Of a stretch of DNA of 57,071 nt, positions 23,590-35,659 are shown piece by piece. The notes below the pieces were generated by a model. That model was not told where the DNA came from. It worked only from the letters and a program-made list of their open reading frames with translations, and ran no database searches. The position numbers and the translations under genes were made by a program. This stretch comes from Octopus bimaculoides (lineage: Eukaryota). Location of the stretch: contig NC_068989.1 in NCBI RefSeq assembly GCF_001194135.2, positions 47,974,378 through 48,031,448 on the forward strand, in the 5' to 3' direction. Numbering within the stretch: the stretch's first letter is position 1; each line of letters begins with the position of its first letter.

Positions 23590-23920
23590 TCAAATCACTT
23601 TGATTTTCATCATTTTGAGGCAGACTAAATAAAGTACCAGTGAAGTACAGGAGTCGATGTAATCAACTTGCCTCCTCTCTTCACAACTGCTGGCCTTGTG
23701 CTAAAGAGTAGAAATATTAGATTATAAAAACTGTGGCGACGAGCTGGCAGAATTGTTAGGAAGCCGGACAAATTACTTAGCGGCATTTTTTCCATCCTTA
23801 CGTTCTGAGTTCAAATGCCTTTCATTTTTTCAGAGTCAGTGAAATAAGTACCAGTTTGGCACTATTTTCGATGTAATCAACTTACCCACTAATCCGACAT
23901 TGCCTTTCTTGAAACAAAAT
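23590..23920 (+). mobile_element. Two adjacent SINE family B copies (~23590-23715 partial; ~23732-23920)
   Basis: aaagtaccag..gtcgatgtaatcaact..ggccttgtgctaaa; ggcgacgagctggcagaattgttagg..gttctgagttcaaatgc. Confidence 0.75.
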
Positions 23921-24344
23921 GTGATAATGCATGAGAAAACTATTCACATGGTTAAAAAATTTGAGAGAGTTTTGTTTTAGTCAGAAATAACGTAACTCTC
24001 GGATTTTAGAACTCTTGAAATTTTTCAAATATCTTACTATTTGACCGATATATGCCATTTTATTGTCGGATAAGCAAACACGACCCAGAAAATAGGCCTT
24101 TTTGAGAAAGCAGTGTTTGAGAACTAAAAACATTTCACAACTTTTGCCTTTTCTCACTCATAAAATGGAAACGATATCTAGTATCCAAGCTATAATAATT
24201 TGCCACAACTAGTATGTAAAAGCATCTAACATTTGCCAATAAATCATCATTCTATACAAAAAGTTGTGATCTGTTTGTCTTTGTTTGAAACGAGTTGAGA
24301 AGTTTCGGAACAAGATTTTAAATCTTTGATCAAAAGTTGCAAGA

Positions 24345-25153
24345 AATAAATTTGACAACGCAACCTTCGTGCTTGGCATTGAAGAATCAATCAAAAACCA
24401 ATCTCGCTGCTAGCACGTCGGTTACTATGCCTCTCTTACGCGCCTGTTCTTGCTTCGTAACTAGGTCTCCTTATATCCTAGATTCCTCTAACGCTATTTC
24501 CTTACTAAAACCTACGGCCTCTACTCTAACAGCCCTTTTCAAGGCTATCCCCTAACGGCTGTTGACGATTGCGCCCACCAACTCTCGATCGACTAACTCG
24601 CTTACTCGGAACCTGAAAGCATGGCTCGCCGCGAAGGATGCGTTCAGCTTCCAGTATCCGGATCCTATGTCGACCGTACAGATCACAAATTTATGGTCAA
24701 TGTAGCCGACAACTTTGAAACGTAGACAACTTATACTAATTCTATCTACAGGTCTACAAAATACTCTAGAAACGATCTCGAAGACCCGATGCGGTTCGAC
24801 CATTGTCCATACTGGCACATTCAGGAAATCCAGTCGGCACCTGTCAGCCAACTGGACGTGGCTGAGCAGGTTTGTGAGGCTTTTACTCCCCCTATCCTAT
24901 CAGCTAGCCCCACCCTATCCAAGCGTGCATCCAAGATGGCGTTCCAGTTACCTACTAACATTAAAGAACGTGACGTCCCAAGGAAAACCTCCAAACGTCT
25001 GAAGAAATCTGGCTACCCCCCCCCCCTTAGAGGTGGAAACAGTGACTAATCTAAAGGCACCACCTTCACTAATGCTCACGTCCAAGACCAACAACTTACC
25101 CTCCAGGTCCAGGAATCGTCCGAACTTCGAGAACCAGGCCTTTCCTAAAGAGC
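24345..25153 (-). mobile_element. Tx1/L1-clade LINE ORF2 fragment (APE endonuclease domain and following linker), decayed
   Basis: LFRKGLVLEV..GKLLVLDV..FRLVTV..LMLVGNWNAILDARLD..PVWT..DRISI..GYIDHKFV..GSGYWKLNAS..GAIVNS..ALKRAVR..KHEGCVVK, with stops and frameshifts; runs into a gap. Confidence 0.8.
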
Positions 25154-25929
25154 NNNNNNNNNNNNNNNNNNNNNNNNNNNNNNNNNNNNNNNNNNNNNNN
25201 NNNNNNNNNNNNNNNNNNNNNNNNNNNNNNNNNNNNNNNNNNNNNNNNNNNNNNNNNNNNNNNNNNNNNNNNNNNNNNNNNNNNNNNNNNNNNNNNNNNN
25301 NNNNNNNNNNNNNNNNNNNNNNNNNNNNNNNNNNNNNNNNNNNNNNNNNNNNNNNNNNNNNNNNNNNNNNNNNNNNNNNNNNNNNNNNNNNNNNNNNNNN
25401 NNNNNNNNNNNNNNNNNNNNNNNNNNNNNNNNNNNNNNNNNNNNNNNNNNNNNNNNNNNNNNNNNNNNNNNNNNNNNNNNNNNNNNNNNNNNNNNNNNNN
25501 NNNNNNNNNNNNNNNNNNNNNNNNNNNNNNNNNNNNNNNNNNNNNNNNNNNNNNNNNNNNNNNNNNNNNNNNNNNNNNNNNNNNNNNNNNNNNNNNNNNN
25601 NNNNNNNNNNNNNNNNNNNNNNNNNNNNNNNNNNNNNNNNNNNNNNNNNNNNNNNNNNNNNNNNNNNNNNNNNNNNNNNNNNNNNNNNNNNNNNNNNNNN
25701 NNNNNNNNNNNNNNNNNNNNNNNNNNNNNNNNNNNNNNNNNNNNNNNNNNNNNNNNNNNNNNNNNNNNNNNNNNNNNNNNNNNNNNNNNNNNNNNNNNNN
25801 NNNNNNNNNNNNNNNNNNNNNNNNNNNNNNNNNNNNNNNNNNNNNNNNNNNNNNNNNNNNNNNNNNNNNNNNNNNNNNNNNNNNNNNNNNNNNNNNNNNN
25901 NNNNNNNNNNNNNNNNNNNNNNNNNCATA

Positions 25930-25982
<53 letters not shown>

Positions 25983-26209
25983 GTATATATATGTATATAT
26001 ATATATATGTATATATATATGTATATGTATATATATATACACACACATACATAATACCCTTATACACTCATGGATAGATAGATAGATGTATATAGGAATA
26101 TACATACATATAAATGCACGCGCGCACACATACATGTATACAGATATATATTTACATATGAATTATATGCAAATAAATATATATATGCATAAAAATATTT
26201 GAATATATC

Positions 26210-26254
<45 letters not shown>

Positions 26255-26260
26255 GTCTAA

Positions 26261-26291
<31 letters not shown>

Positions 26292-26964
26292 GTATGTAAT
26301 TTAGCCTTAGGTTACTAATCTACTGAATCAATAAACAAAATTTTGTTGGTTTCTTTACATTTTTTCTTTATACATTACATATATTTTCCTTTCTTTTTAT
26401 CATTTTGTATTTATATTATTCTTAAGAATACTGTTCAGTTTTAAATTTTGTTTTCCAATAACTTTGAGAATTCATACGTATGTTGTCTTTGTGTCATGTG
26501 TTTTGAAATTCTGTGTATAACAAGGATCATTGAGCGAAGGTGAACCTCTTGCCATTGAGAGGATCACAGCTGCCTTTTTCATAGCTAATCACGGCAGCGA
26601 TCGAAGATTTACTCAGTCATACTCATAATGAGTGTCTTCTTTGTTTTTGTTTTTGTTCTTTTCTTTTACTGCTTTGTCAAAGTGTAAAGAGAGCAGCGCT
26701 CATGATTTTCTATTCTTCCTTGAATCTCTGAGATTAGGGAGAGGATGGTAGAAGTTATCCATAAACCAGAGGTACGGCCCAAATATTTTTAACAGAGTAA
26801 TCTCTCCTAAATTCACCTACTTATTAAGTTGCTGCTTTAAAACGAGTGAAGCAGTTAGGCCATCTACTTAAAAAACTCATGAGGTAAAATATTGGAAGTG
26901 ATACTGCAGATTATAAAATCTGCGATCGAATTTTTAAGTCATTCGAGTCAAGAAAATAATGATA

Positions 26965-27181
26965 ATCCTTTCTACTAAAGGTACAAGGCCTGGAATTTTG
27001 AGTGAGGGAACTAGTCGATTACATCGACCCCGGTGTTTTACGTGTATTGAATTTATCGACTCCGAAAGGATAAAAGGCAGAGTCGATCTTGATGGAATTT
27101 GAACTCAGAACGTAAAGTCGGGCGAGATGGTGCTAAGCATTTTACTCGGGGTTCTAACGATTCTGCCAACACACCGCCTTA
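26965..27181 (-). mobile_element. SINE family B, near full length
   Basis: Plus strand shows the reverse complement: acaaggcc..gtcgattacatcgacccc..gaatttgaactcagaacgtaaag..aacgattctgccaac..cgccttaa. Confidence 0.85.
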
Positions 27182-27199
27182 ATGATGATAATAATTTCT

Positions 27200-27560
27200 C
27201 ATTTACGCACAATACCAGTAATTTTAAGAGTGGTAGGCTTGTTGATTCTAAGCACCTAGTATTTAACTGGTGCTTCATTTCTTCGACTATGAAAGAGGAA
27301 AAGGTAAAGTTAACTTCGCCCTGATTCGAACTCAGTATGCAGAAAGCTGAAACAAAACTACAATGCTATATCCTTAGTATTGCCGACGAGTTGGACGAAT
27401 AGTAAAAGTCTAGTTTCTTCATATTCTGGGTTCAAATCTCACCGAGATCATCTTTGCTTATTATCTCTTCCGAGGTTGATAAATTAAAGTACCAGTCAAT
27501 GATTAAGATCAAGGGCATCCCTTTACCTCACCCTCTCAGAATTCTAGGTATTCTATCTAA
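27200..27560. mobile_element. Two degenerate SINE family B fragments (27200-27400 minus; 27420-27560 plus)
   Basis: aactggtgcttcatttcttcgac..gattcgaactcag; then ggttcaaatctcaccgag..gttgataaattaaagtaccag. Confidence 0.6.
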
Positions 27561-27619
27561 ACTGGAAATTATTATACAATGTTGTAGGCTTTTAACCGCA
27601 TGTTACAATGACAAACAAT

Positions 27620-27835
27620 TGGTTTCAAATTTTGGCACAAGGCCTGAAACTTCGTGGGAGTTGGTAAGTCAATTACATCAACCCCAATGCTCAACTAGTA
27701 TTTATATTATCGACCCCTAAACGATAAAACACAAAGTTGACCTCGGTGGCATTTGGACGCATAACGTAAAGTCGGAAGAAATGCCGTTAAGTATTTTTGC
27801 CGGCGTGGTAACAATTCTGCCAGCTCGTCGCCTAG
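27620..27835 (-). mobile_element. SINE family B copy
   Basis: tttcaaattttggcacaaggcc..aagttgacctcggtggcattt..caattctgccagctcgtcgcc. Confidence 0.8.
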
Positions 27836-28480
27836 GATAAAAATATTATATGTGTGTCTATATCTCTTCTAAATTTCAATTAAGGGTTTTGCTCCAGGAT
27901 GCCCAGACAGTACAACATAATATTCGAACTGAGATTATTTCTAAACTACGGTTAAGACTATTATGATAGGTTATTCAGTGGACTAATCTATGAATGTGTG
28001 AAGTGTGTCCCCATATGATGTAATATTCTTTGATTTGAAATCGAAGGCGCTTGCTTGAATCTAGTCGCATACGCTGTACTCATCAAAAAATAAAGAAACT
28101 AATAATCTCCAAAAATAGAACTTTAGTTTTGATATATATATATATACATTACGCTGGTACATAAAGTCTTTAAGAATCGACTCATATGCAGAGATCAAGC
28201 CTGCATCTAATTTTAAATCCAGAAGAAGAGTCGTTCAAATACGCCTCGCAGCTCCTCCTAAACTAGTGATATTTATATTGTCGATGTTTAGTTTAAACAT
28301 TCGTAAGTCACCAAGATTGTAATTTCATGGGAAGAATTGATCGCCTAGCTCTAATGATCGGTAGTTGGCTAACACAGTACGAGGGACGATAGGAAGAAAG
28401 ACGACTAGTTTAAAGAGTAAAAGCCAATATAACAGCGATTAAATAAGTAGTGAGGAGAAACCGCGCCTGAGAGACAAATG

Positions 28481-28675
28481 TAGTCTTTTGGTGTGTAAGT
28501 CTTCGTCAATTCTGTTGAATAAATTTCATTTAGATGGCAGTCAGACATGTTTGTCTGTGTAGCATTGATATCAATTGATATCATTGATTTCAATGACCCT
28601 AAGAAGGCGATAGACACAACCATTTCTTTTAACCTAAATCATAAAAAATAAAGAATAACATGCAGGCCTACTTCT
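28481..28675. repeat. 195-bp segment duplicated in direct orientation at 29703-29897
   Basis: tagtcttttRgtgtgtaagtcttcgtcaattctgttgaataaatttc..aggcctacYtct; more than 90% identical by eye. Confidence 0.9.
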
Positions 28676-29214
28676 ATATCATAAGGCCCTTGAAAAACAT
28701 TTGCTCTTATGCCCATACTTTATACACCTGAGTAGTCGTTTTTAAGCCTGCGCATGCGTATTTCCTAATTGATTTGTTTTTCTTGTCTTTGTTTTCGTTA
28801 TTCTAACGCTAAAGATAACGATGCTCAACCAAATTCGTGCAAGTTGTATTTAAGGAAAGAAATATCTAATATACTATATGACTATGGTCTCAAAAATTAA
28901 ATTCAGATTTTAACTCTTTTCAGTGATGCATAAACTAAGATTGAACAGCAAACAAACATTTACATTTCTTTAAACAAAATGATTTATTGTAACTCTAAAA
29001 AGAATCATAGCTTTTCTGTGTTTATTGACTTCACATAATTGCACATTTATATTTTCATTTTATTTATTTATTTTGTTTGTTTGTTTGATGTTTTGTTTTA
29101 GTCTTGTGTGTGATTGCACAGAAACACTACTTTCACTGGTTCCATCCAGTCCGTGTGATCGTACCGAGGTTATGCAATTTTTCTCTTTCTGTATTAAAAT
29201 TATGTAAACACATA

Positions 29215-29550
29215 TTAATATGGTTTCAAATTTTGACACAAGGCCAGCAATTTCGGGGGATATGGTATTCCGACCCCAGTGCTCAACTGGTACTTATTTT
29301 ATCGATCTTGAAAGATTGTGCTACTTATTTTATCGATCTCGAAAGATTGTGGTATTCATTTTATCAATCTCCAAAGATTGTGTTACTTATTTTATCGATC
29401 TCGAAAGAATGTGGTACTTATTTTATCGATCCCGAAAGATTGAAAGGGAAAGTCGACCTTAGTGGTCGACTTTTCCTTTCAACGTAAAGAGGGACGAAAC
29501 GCCGCTAAGCATTTTTTTCCGTCGTGCTAATGTTTCTGTTAGCTCAACTA
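29215..29550 (-). mobile_element. SINE family B carrying a 5 x 31-bp internal tandem amplification (29288-29442) and a 17-bp fold-back (29442-29480)
   Basis: Unit tggtacttattttatcgatctcgaaagattg repeated five times, then gaaagggaaagtcgacc-ttagt-ggtcgacttttcctttc. Confidence 0.85.
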
Positions 29551-29702
29551 CTTAAAAACACGTTAATATAAACATATATTGAAGAAAGCAAACATGGTTA
29601 GTAGGTTGGACAAAGGATAGTTAGACACAGGTTCGATTCATTGACTGTACAGTTCGTCATTTCGTTGGACAAAATACTCTGTTTCGCGGTGTTCCATTAG
29701 GT

Positions 29703-29897
29703 TAGTCTTTTAGTGTGTAAGTCTTCGTCAATTCTGTTGAATAAATTTCTTTTAGATGGCAGTCAGACATGTTTGTCTGTGTAGCATTGATATCAATTGA
29801 TGTCATTGATTTCAATGACCCTAAGAAGGTGATAGACATAACCATTTCTTTCAACCTAAATCGTAAAAAGTAAAGAATAACACACAGGCCTACCTCT
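29703..29897. repeat. Second copy of the 195-bp duplication
   Basis: See 28481-28675. Confidence 0.9.
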
Positions 29898-30149
29898 GAA
29901 TATTAATGACAACAGTAATTTGGGAGTGGGTCCTGGGACGGACTGGCGTACCATTCAGTGGCGTAGTATTTTGCTCTCGGTAACCTAAACGGTAGGAAAA
30001 CTGGCATGAACTTGAGTCAGCACTATTTTAACTAACGTTAACCGATTTGTGTTATTCACCGATGTGAACGCATATTTAAGCAATATTGATTCCTCACCTA
30101 TTTAATATTCTTTTCTCTTGAATCTAAGATACAATAGTCTCTTATGTTT

Positions 30150-30312
30150 TATATTTTATTTTTTTCAGTCACTGGATTGTGCCCATGCTAGAGCACCGCC
30201 TTTAAGGGTTTAGTCGGACAAATTATTCTTTAAGTAAGGCAATTATTTTGTGGGTCTCTTTTGCTGAACTGATAATTTATAGAGACGTAAACAAATGAAC
30301 CAAGGTTGTCAA
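30150..30312 (-). mobile_element. SINE family A, 3' half (the only minus-strand A copy I found)
   Basis: ttttcagtcactggattgtgcccatgctagagcaccgccttt..tttagtcg..ctcttttgctgaac..ggttgtcaa. Confidence 0.75.
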
Positions 30313-30473
30313 AAGATACCGACGCAGAAACAAACACACACGCGCTCGAACGCGCACACTCAAGCATAAGCACACAAGCTCATTCACACACATACACAAG
30401 CACGCACGCACACGCACACGCACAAACACGCACGCACACACAAACGCGCACACATATATATATATGTGTGTGT

Positions 30474-30520
<47 letters not shown>

Positions 30521-30636
30521 CAGAAAGAGAGAGATAATCACACCTACCCGCATGTTTATATAGATGCAAATTAAAAAGTATAAATCAGTATGGCTGATTC
30601 TAATAGGAAGAGTACTCAATACAATTACTTTTATTA

Positions 30637-30990
30637 GGCGTAGGCGCTTACTAGCTACATGACACCGGGTTCAGTCCCACTGCGTTGCACCTTCTGGCAG
30701 TGTCTTCTACTGTAGCCTCAGGCCGACCAATGCCTTCAGAGTGGATTTGGTAGACGGAAACTGAAAGAAGCCTGTCATATATATATATGTCGGTATGTGT
30801 GTGTGTGTGTGTGTGTCGCCCTGCTATCGCTTGACAACCTATGTTAGCATGTTTACATCCCCGTAAAAGCGACCGATAGAATAAGTACTAGGTTTATAAA
30901 GAATAAGACTTGGGGTCGATTCGTTCGACTAAAATCGGGGCATCAGCATGGCCGCAGGAAAATGACTGAAACAAATAAAAGAATAAAGGA
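30637..30990 (+). mobile_element. SINE family A copy
   Basis: ccgggttcagtcccactgcgttgcacc..ggggtcgattcgttcgactaaa..cagcatggccgcaggaaaatgactgaaac. Confidence 0.85.
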
Positions 30991-31026
30991 ATGTGTGTGT
31001 ATATATATATATATATATGCACACAC

Positions 31027-31121
<95 letters not shown>

Positions 31122-31123
<2 letters not shown>

Positions 31124-31338
31124 AGAAGGTGCAGAAAAGTTCCTGGCATTAAGGGTATCGCGAAAGGCCTACTTGGAGGCCCACCCTTACGAGTGCTTTT
31201 ACAGAGCTTAGAAAAGTTGAAGGATCGCTGCAGTAAATGTGTGAATCTGAAAAAGGAATATGTTGAATAAAATCATAATTAAATGATCCTCCTGTATTTT
31301 CTTTTACCCAAAGCCACGAACTTTTCAGCACCTTCTTA
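31122..31338 (+). mobile_element. Mariner-derived MITE (217 bp) retaining the transposase C-terminus
   Basis: TIRs taagaaggtgcagaaaagttcctggc / gccacgaacttttcagcaccttctta; TA TSD on both sides; internal LEKLKDRCSKCVNLKKEYVE* resembles the mariner C-terminus. Confidence 0.85.
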
Positions 31339-33234
31339 TATGTGTGTGTAATCGTCTCCGGGATGGGCGAAATTTACTAAGTTCGTGAGATAAGTGATTC
31401 ATAATTGAATATAAGTGGGTAGCAGGTTTTCTTTATAGATAGTATTTAAAAATAGTTTATGAATTAGCTTCAACTATAGAAAAACTCAGACGCTCAATGT
31501 AATATTGGTCAGTATGATAGACGCTGCTGGTATGAGGACAGAGACGAAAACAAATGAATGAAAATAGACATGGAAACAGAGAGAGTTAAGTTTAATAAAC
31601 GGGTATAGCTTGACTTTAGAAATGACCTTTGTGCATAAAGTTATATGATTGGCTGGTTTTAGAGAGAAGGAGCGAGTAGTAAGATGACATACATTGATAT
31701 GCAATGGAATTTCTATATATGTATGAGTGCGTTTATGTGTTTATCTATGTAAAAATATGCATATTTATATATACATATACATATACATATATATATATAT
31801 ATATATANNNNNNNNNNNNNNNNNNNNNNNNNNNNNNNNNNNNNNNNNNNNNNNNNNNNNNNNNNNNNNNNNNNNNNNNNNNNNNNNNNNNNNNNNNNNN
31901 NNNNNNNNNNNNNNNNNNNNNNNNNNNNNNNNNNNNNNNNNNNNNNNNNNNNNNNNNNNNNNNNNNNNNNNNNNNNNNNNNNNNNNNNNNNNNNNNNNNN
32001 NNNNNNNNNNNNNNNNNNNNNNNNNNNNNNNNNNNNNNNNNNNNNNNNNNNNNNNNNNNNNNNNNNNNNNNNNNNNNNNNNNNNNNNNNNNNNNNNNNNN
32101 NNNNNNNNNNNNNNNNNNNNNNNNNNNNNNNNNNNNNNNNNNNNNNNNNNNNNNNNNNNNNNNNNNNNNNNNNNNNNNNNNNNNNNNNNNNNNNNNNNNN
32201 NNNNNNNNNNNNNNNNNNNNNNNNNNNNNNNNNNNNNNNNNNNNNNNNNNNNNNNNNNNNNNNNNNNNNNNNNNNNNNNNNNNNNNNNNNNNNNNNNNNN
32301 NNNNNNNNNNNNNNNNNNNNNNNNNNNNNNNNNNNNNNNNNNNNNNNNNNNNNNNNNNNNNNNNNNNNNNNNNNNNNNNNNNNNNNNNNNNNNNNNNNNN
32401 NNNNNNNNNNNNNNNNNNNNNNNNNNNNNNNNNNNNNNNNNNNNNNNNNNNNNNNNNNNNNNNNNNNNNNNNNNNNNNNNNNNNNNNNNNNNNNNNNNNN
32501 NNNNNNNNNNNNNNNNNNNNNNNNNNNNNNNNNNNNNNNNNNTATATATATACATGTATATATATATGTGTGTGAGTAAAAATGAATACAAAAAAAGGGT
32601 TTTGTATGATCGTGTATAGAGGAATATATTATTTTATTTAAAAGAGTTCCAACTCTGTCTGGTTTTTATGTTTTATTTATATTCTTGTAAAATTAATGTG
32701 GGATATAGAATATGGAATATATAATATATAATATATAATATATAATATAAAAATGGATGGTACAATGAAATGAAGTATTGAATGTCTTATTGAATATATG
32801 GGATATGTCTTATTGAGTATATGAAATATTGGGTGTTCAATATAAAGGATTAAATATATAAAGGCGAATACGTATTTTCAATACCTTTTGGTATTTCATC
32901 ATGGCCGGTATCTCACAGACTACACTAAATTTGTTCTCCTTTGGCACAAGGCTTAAGAAGATTTGTAAAATTTCGGACAACTCCATATTTTAAGATTTCA
33001 TGTATTGCAATAAAAATTACTTTACATCAGTAGAATATACTGACCATATATAAGTGCAAAATGTATATACATACCAATGATTACTTGCATACAAATAGAA
33101 ATATATACATACATTTCACATGTGGCCTTGGGTAAAAGAAATACACATTTTTGTCAACTGAGCGGTGAACTGGAACAACGCAAAATGGAGTGATTTGCTC
33201 TTCAAACACACACACACACACACACACCCATATA

Positions 33235-33272
<38 letters not shown>

Positions 33273-34188
33273 CATATATATATAAACATATTCATGCATG
33301 TACGTGTGCTTATTTGCGTTTTGATGTAATTATTATGTATTTAAATTTATGCGTATACATACATACGTACGTGTGTGTGTTTGTGTGTGTGTGTGTGCGT
33401 GTGTGCGTGCGTGGTGTGTGTATGTATGTATATGTATGAATATGTATAATGTCTCCGAGCTGCTCTTTAATTTTGTTTTCAAACGTGTATATTTTACCAC
33501 AGTATCTCGAAAACCGCTTCCCTTATCGAAGACATCTAGCGTACAAGTTCAAAAATAGGTCTTGCAACTGCTACATCCAACTAAATTTGACATACAGTGA
33601 TCAATGCTTTCACAAAGTCACTGTTTACTCTGAAAAATGTAACGGTGATCTGATGAAACAAACAATAATTTGAAGTAAGGTCATATAAACTTAATTCTAC
33701 GCTTTGAAAAAGGAACAGAAATAGAAAATCTACACAACACTCTCAAACTTCATATAGAACATCAAGGAATCTCACTCTTCCAATACCAAAATTTAGTATA
33801 TAACTGACAAGGCAAAGTTCTACAAGCAACATAACATTCAAATCGTTTTGCTTCCTAGAAAGCGAAAATTTCCATTCAGTGTCTAAAATATACCCTGTCT
33901 TAGAATCAAGCGCATTTAGAGAATCCATCTTCAATTGTTAGACCCCAATGGGTACATATATTTTCACAAACTCATTCATACCCTTATTTATACATCATGT
34001 AATTTAGTTCTTTTAGTTCTGATTTCATATATGTAACAATACAGCCATTTAATTATTGTATTTCATCGTAAATTACCCACTTTCATCTACGGACGTTCTG
34101 TTAGAATAAACTACACTGCGATAGTTAGCATGAGAGAAATCCTCATGCTGGTTTTTGATGCAAGATGCATTTTGTTTTTGTTTTTTTT

Positions 34189-34349
34189 TATATCGCTAGC
34201 GGGGAGATAAACCCCCATCATCTCTAGCACTGAAACCACCAGATCACGTGATATCGACCTTTCTTCGTCTTGTCCGTGACGGACGCTCGGGTGCTAGAGG
34301 CTCATCACGATACCAGAGCCTGTTATTCTATATATCGCTAGCGGGAGAT
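34189..34349. repeat. CpG-rich ~120-bp segment flanked by 19-20-bp direct repeats
   Basis: tatatcgctagcggggagat (34189-34208) and tatatcgctagcgggagat (34331-34349); internal inverted pair ctctagcac / gtgctagag. Confidence 0.7.
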
Positions 34350-34431
34350 GAAAAGCTGCTAACAGAACATCCACGTTTAAGTGGGCATAAATATTACCAC
34401 TCGGTATTAGTACCACCTCTGTCACTAAGAA

Positions 34432-34465
<34 letters not shown>

Positions 34466-35008
34466 ACATTTATTCGTATGCATGTATGTATGTATCTATC
34501 TACGTATGTATGTATGTATGTATGTATATATTTGTATGTTTGTATGTTTATATATATTTGTATGTTTGTGTATATATGCATGTGTTTGTGTGTATACATG
34601 TATGTGTATGTATAAAGACAGAGAGGTTGATAGTCAATGTGTGTCTATATATAAGTACATGTATATTGCCTTTATACTAGCTTCATTACGCTATCTCTAA
34701 CATCTCCCATTGATAAAACTTTGCCTAAAAGGTCAATTCTAAGGTCAAGTTATACTCGTTTATTAAACTTAACTCTGTCTCCATTGTCATTTGTATTATC
34801 ATTTATTCATTTATCTTTATAATATTTATTCTCAAAACAAATGCGTCTATTGCTCTGATCATTATTGTATTGAATGTATATACCAACCTATACTTAAAGT
34901 CAATTCTTTAATAATTTTTAAAGAATTAGTTTCCAAAAACCTGCTTGCTAGTCATATTTAATCACAACATATGTTTTAACGACTAAACTGAACTTCATCT
35001 AGCTTATA

Positions 35009-35040
35009 TACGAGGTGGTATCAAAAGCTCCCGGACTAGT
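35009..35040 (+). mobile_element. Solo mariner-type terminal inverted repeat
   Basis: TA-tacgaggtggtatcaaaagctcccggact resembles mariner TIRs; partner end not found. Confidence 0.35.
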
Positions 35041-35134
35041 GATGTTTAATAACAGAATAACCCGTATTACCAAATGCAAAAGGCAAAAGAAGAATGTATT
35101 ATGAAGATTTTCAATCCGAAACTACAATGGAAAT

Positions 35135-35440
35135 GCACCTTCTCCTCGACTTACGACCAAGTTCTGTAAGTCGATCTGTTCGTACGCCGGATTTATATTT
35201 TTCATTCAAACGCAACTGATGCTTGAAAAAACTGGGTGAGAGACAGTGGCAGGTAGTGGATGCCTGGGTCTGAAGGAGGCCTGCATTGCCAGATGCAGCC
35301 ATAGTTATCGTACGTGCCCATGCCCAACGTCCGAAAATCGATTTTTTATTTATTTATTCATTTTCTTTTATTTCTTTATTGGTTTATTTCTTTTTTTGGT
35401 CGTAAGTGAGGATGGTCGTAAGTCGCATAGATCATAAGTT
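35135..35440. mobile_element. Possible pogo/Tigger-like MITE relic
   Basis: cctcgacttacgacc near the left end and inverted ggtcgtaagtcg (about twice) near the right end. Confidence 0.35.
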
Positions 35441-35444
35441 GAGA

Positions 35445-35612
35445 ATGCGTGGCTGTTTGGTAAGAAGCTTTCCTCCAAACCACATGGTTCCATGTTCAGT
35501 CCCTCTGCGTGGCACCTTGGCCAAGTTTCTTCTATAGCGTCGGGCCGACGAAAGCCTTATGAGTGGATTTGGTAGACGGAAACTGAAAAGAAGCCCGTCG
35601 TATGCATGTATG

Positions 35613-35659
<47 letters not shown>
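35445..35659 (+). mobile_element. SINE family A, 5' half, running into (TA)n and a gap
   Basis: gcgtggctgtttggtaagaagc..ggcaccttggccaag..ggaaactgaaaagaagcccgtcgtat. Confidence 0.85.

Noticed and set aside
29288-29442. 31-bp repeats as a CRISPR array
   Set aside because: Units are contiguous with no unique spacers, derive from a SINE, and the context is eukaryotic with no cas genes.
33743-33934. 63-aa minus-strand ORF in unique sequence
   Set aside because: Length is within chance expectation; no motifs and no splice support.
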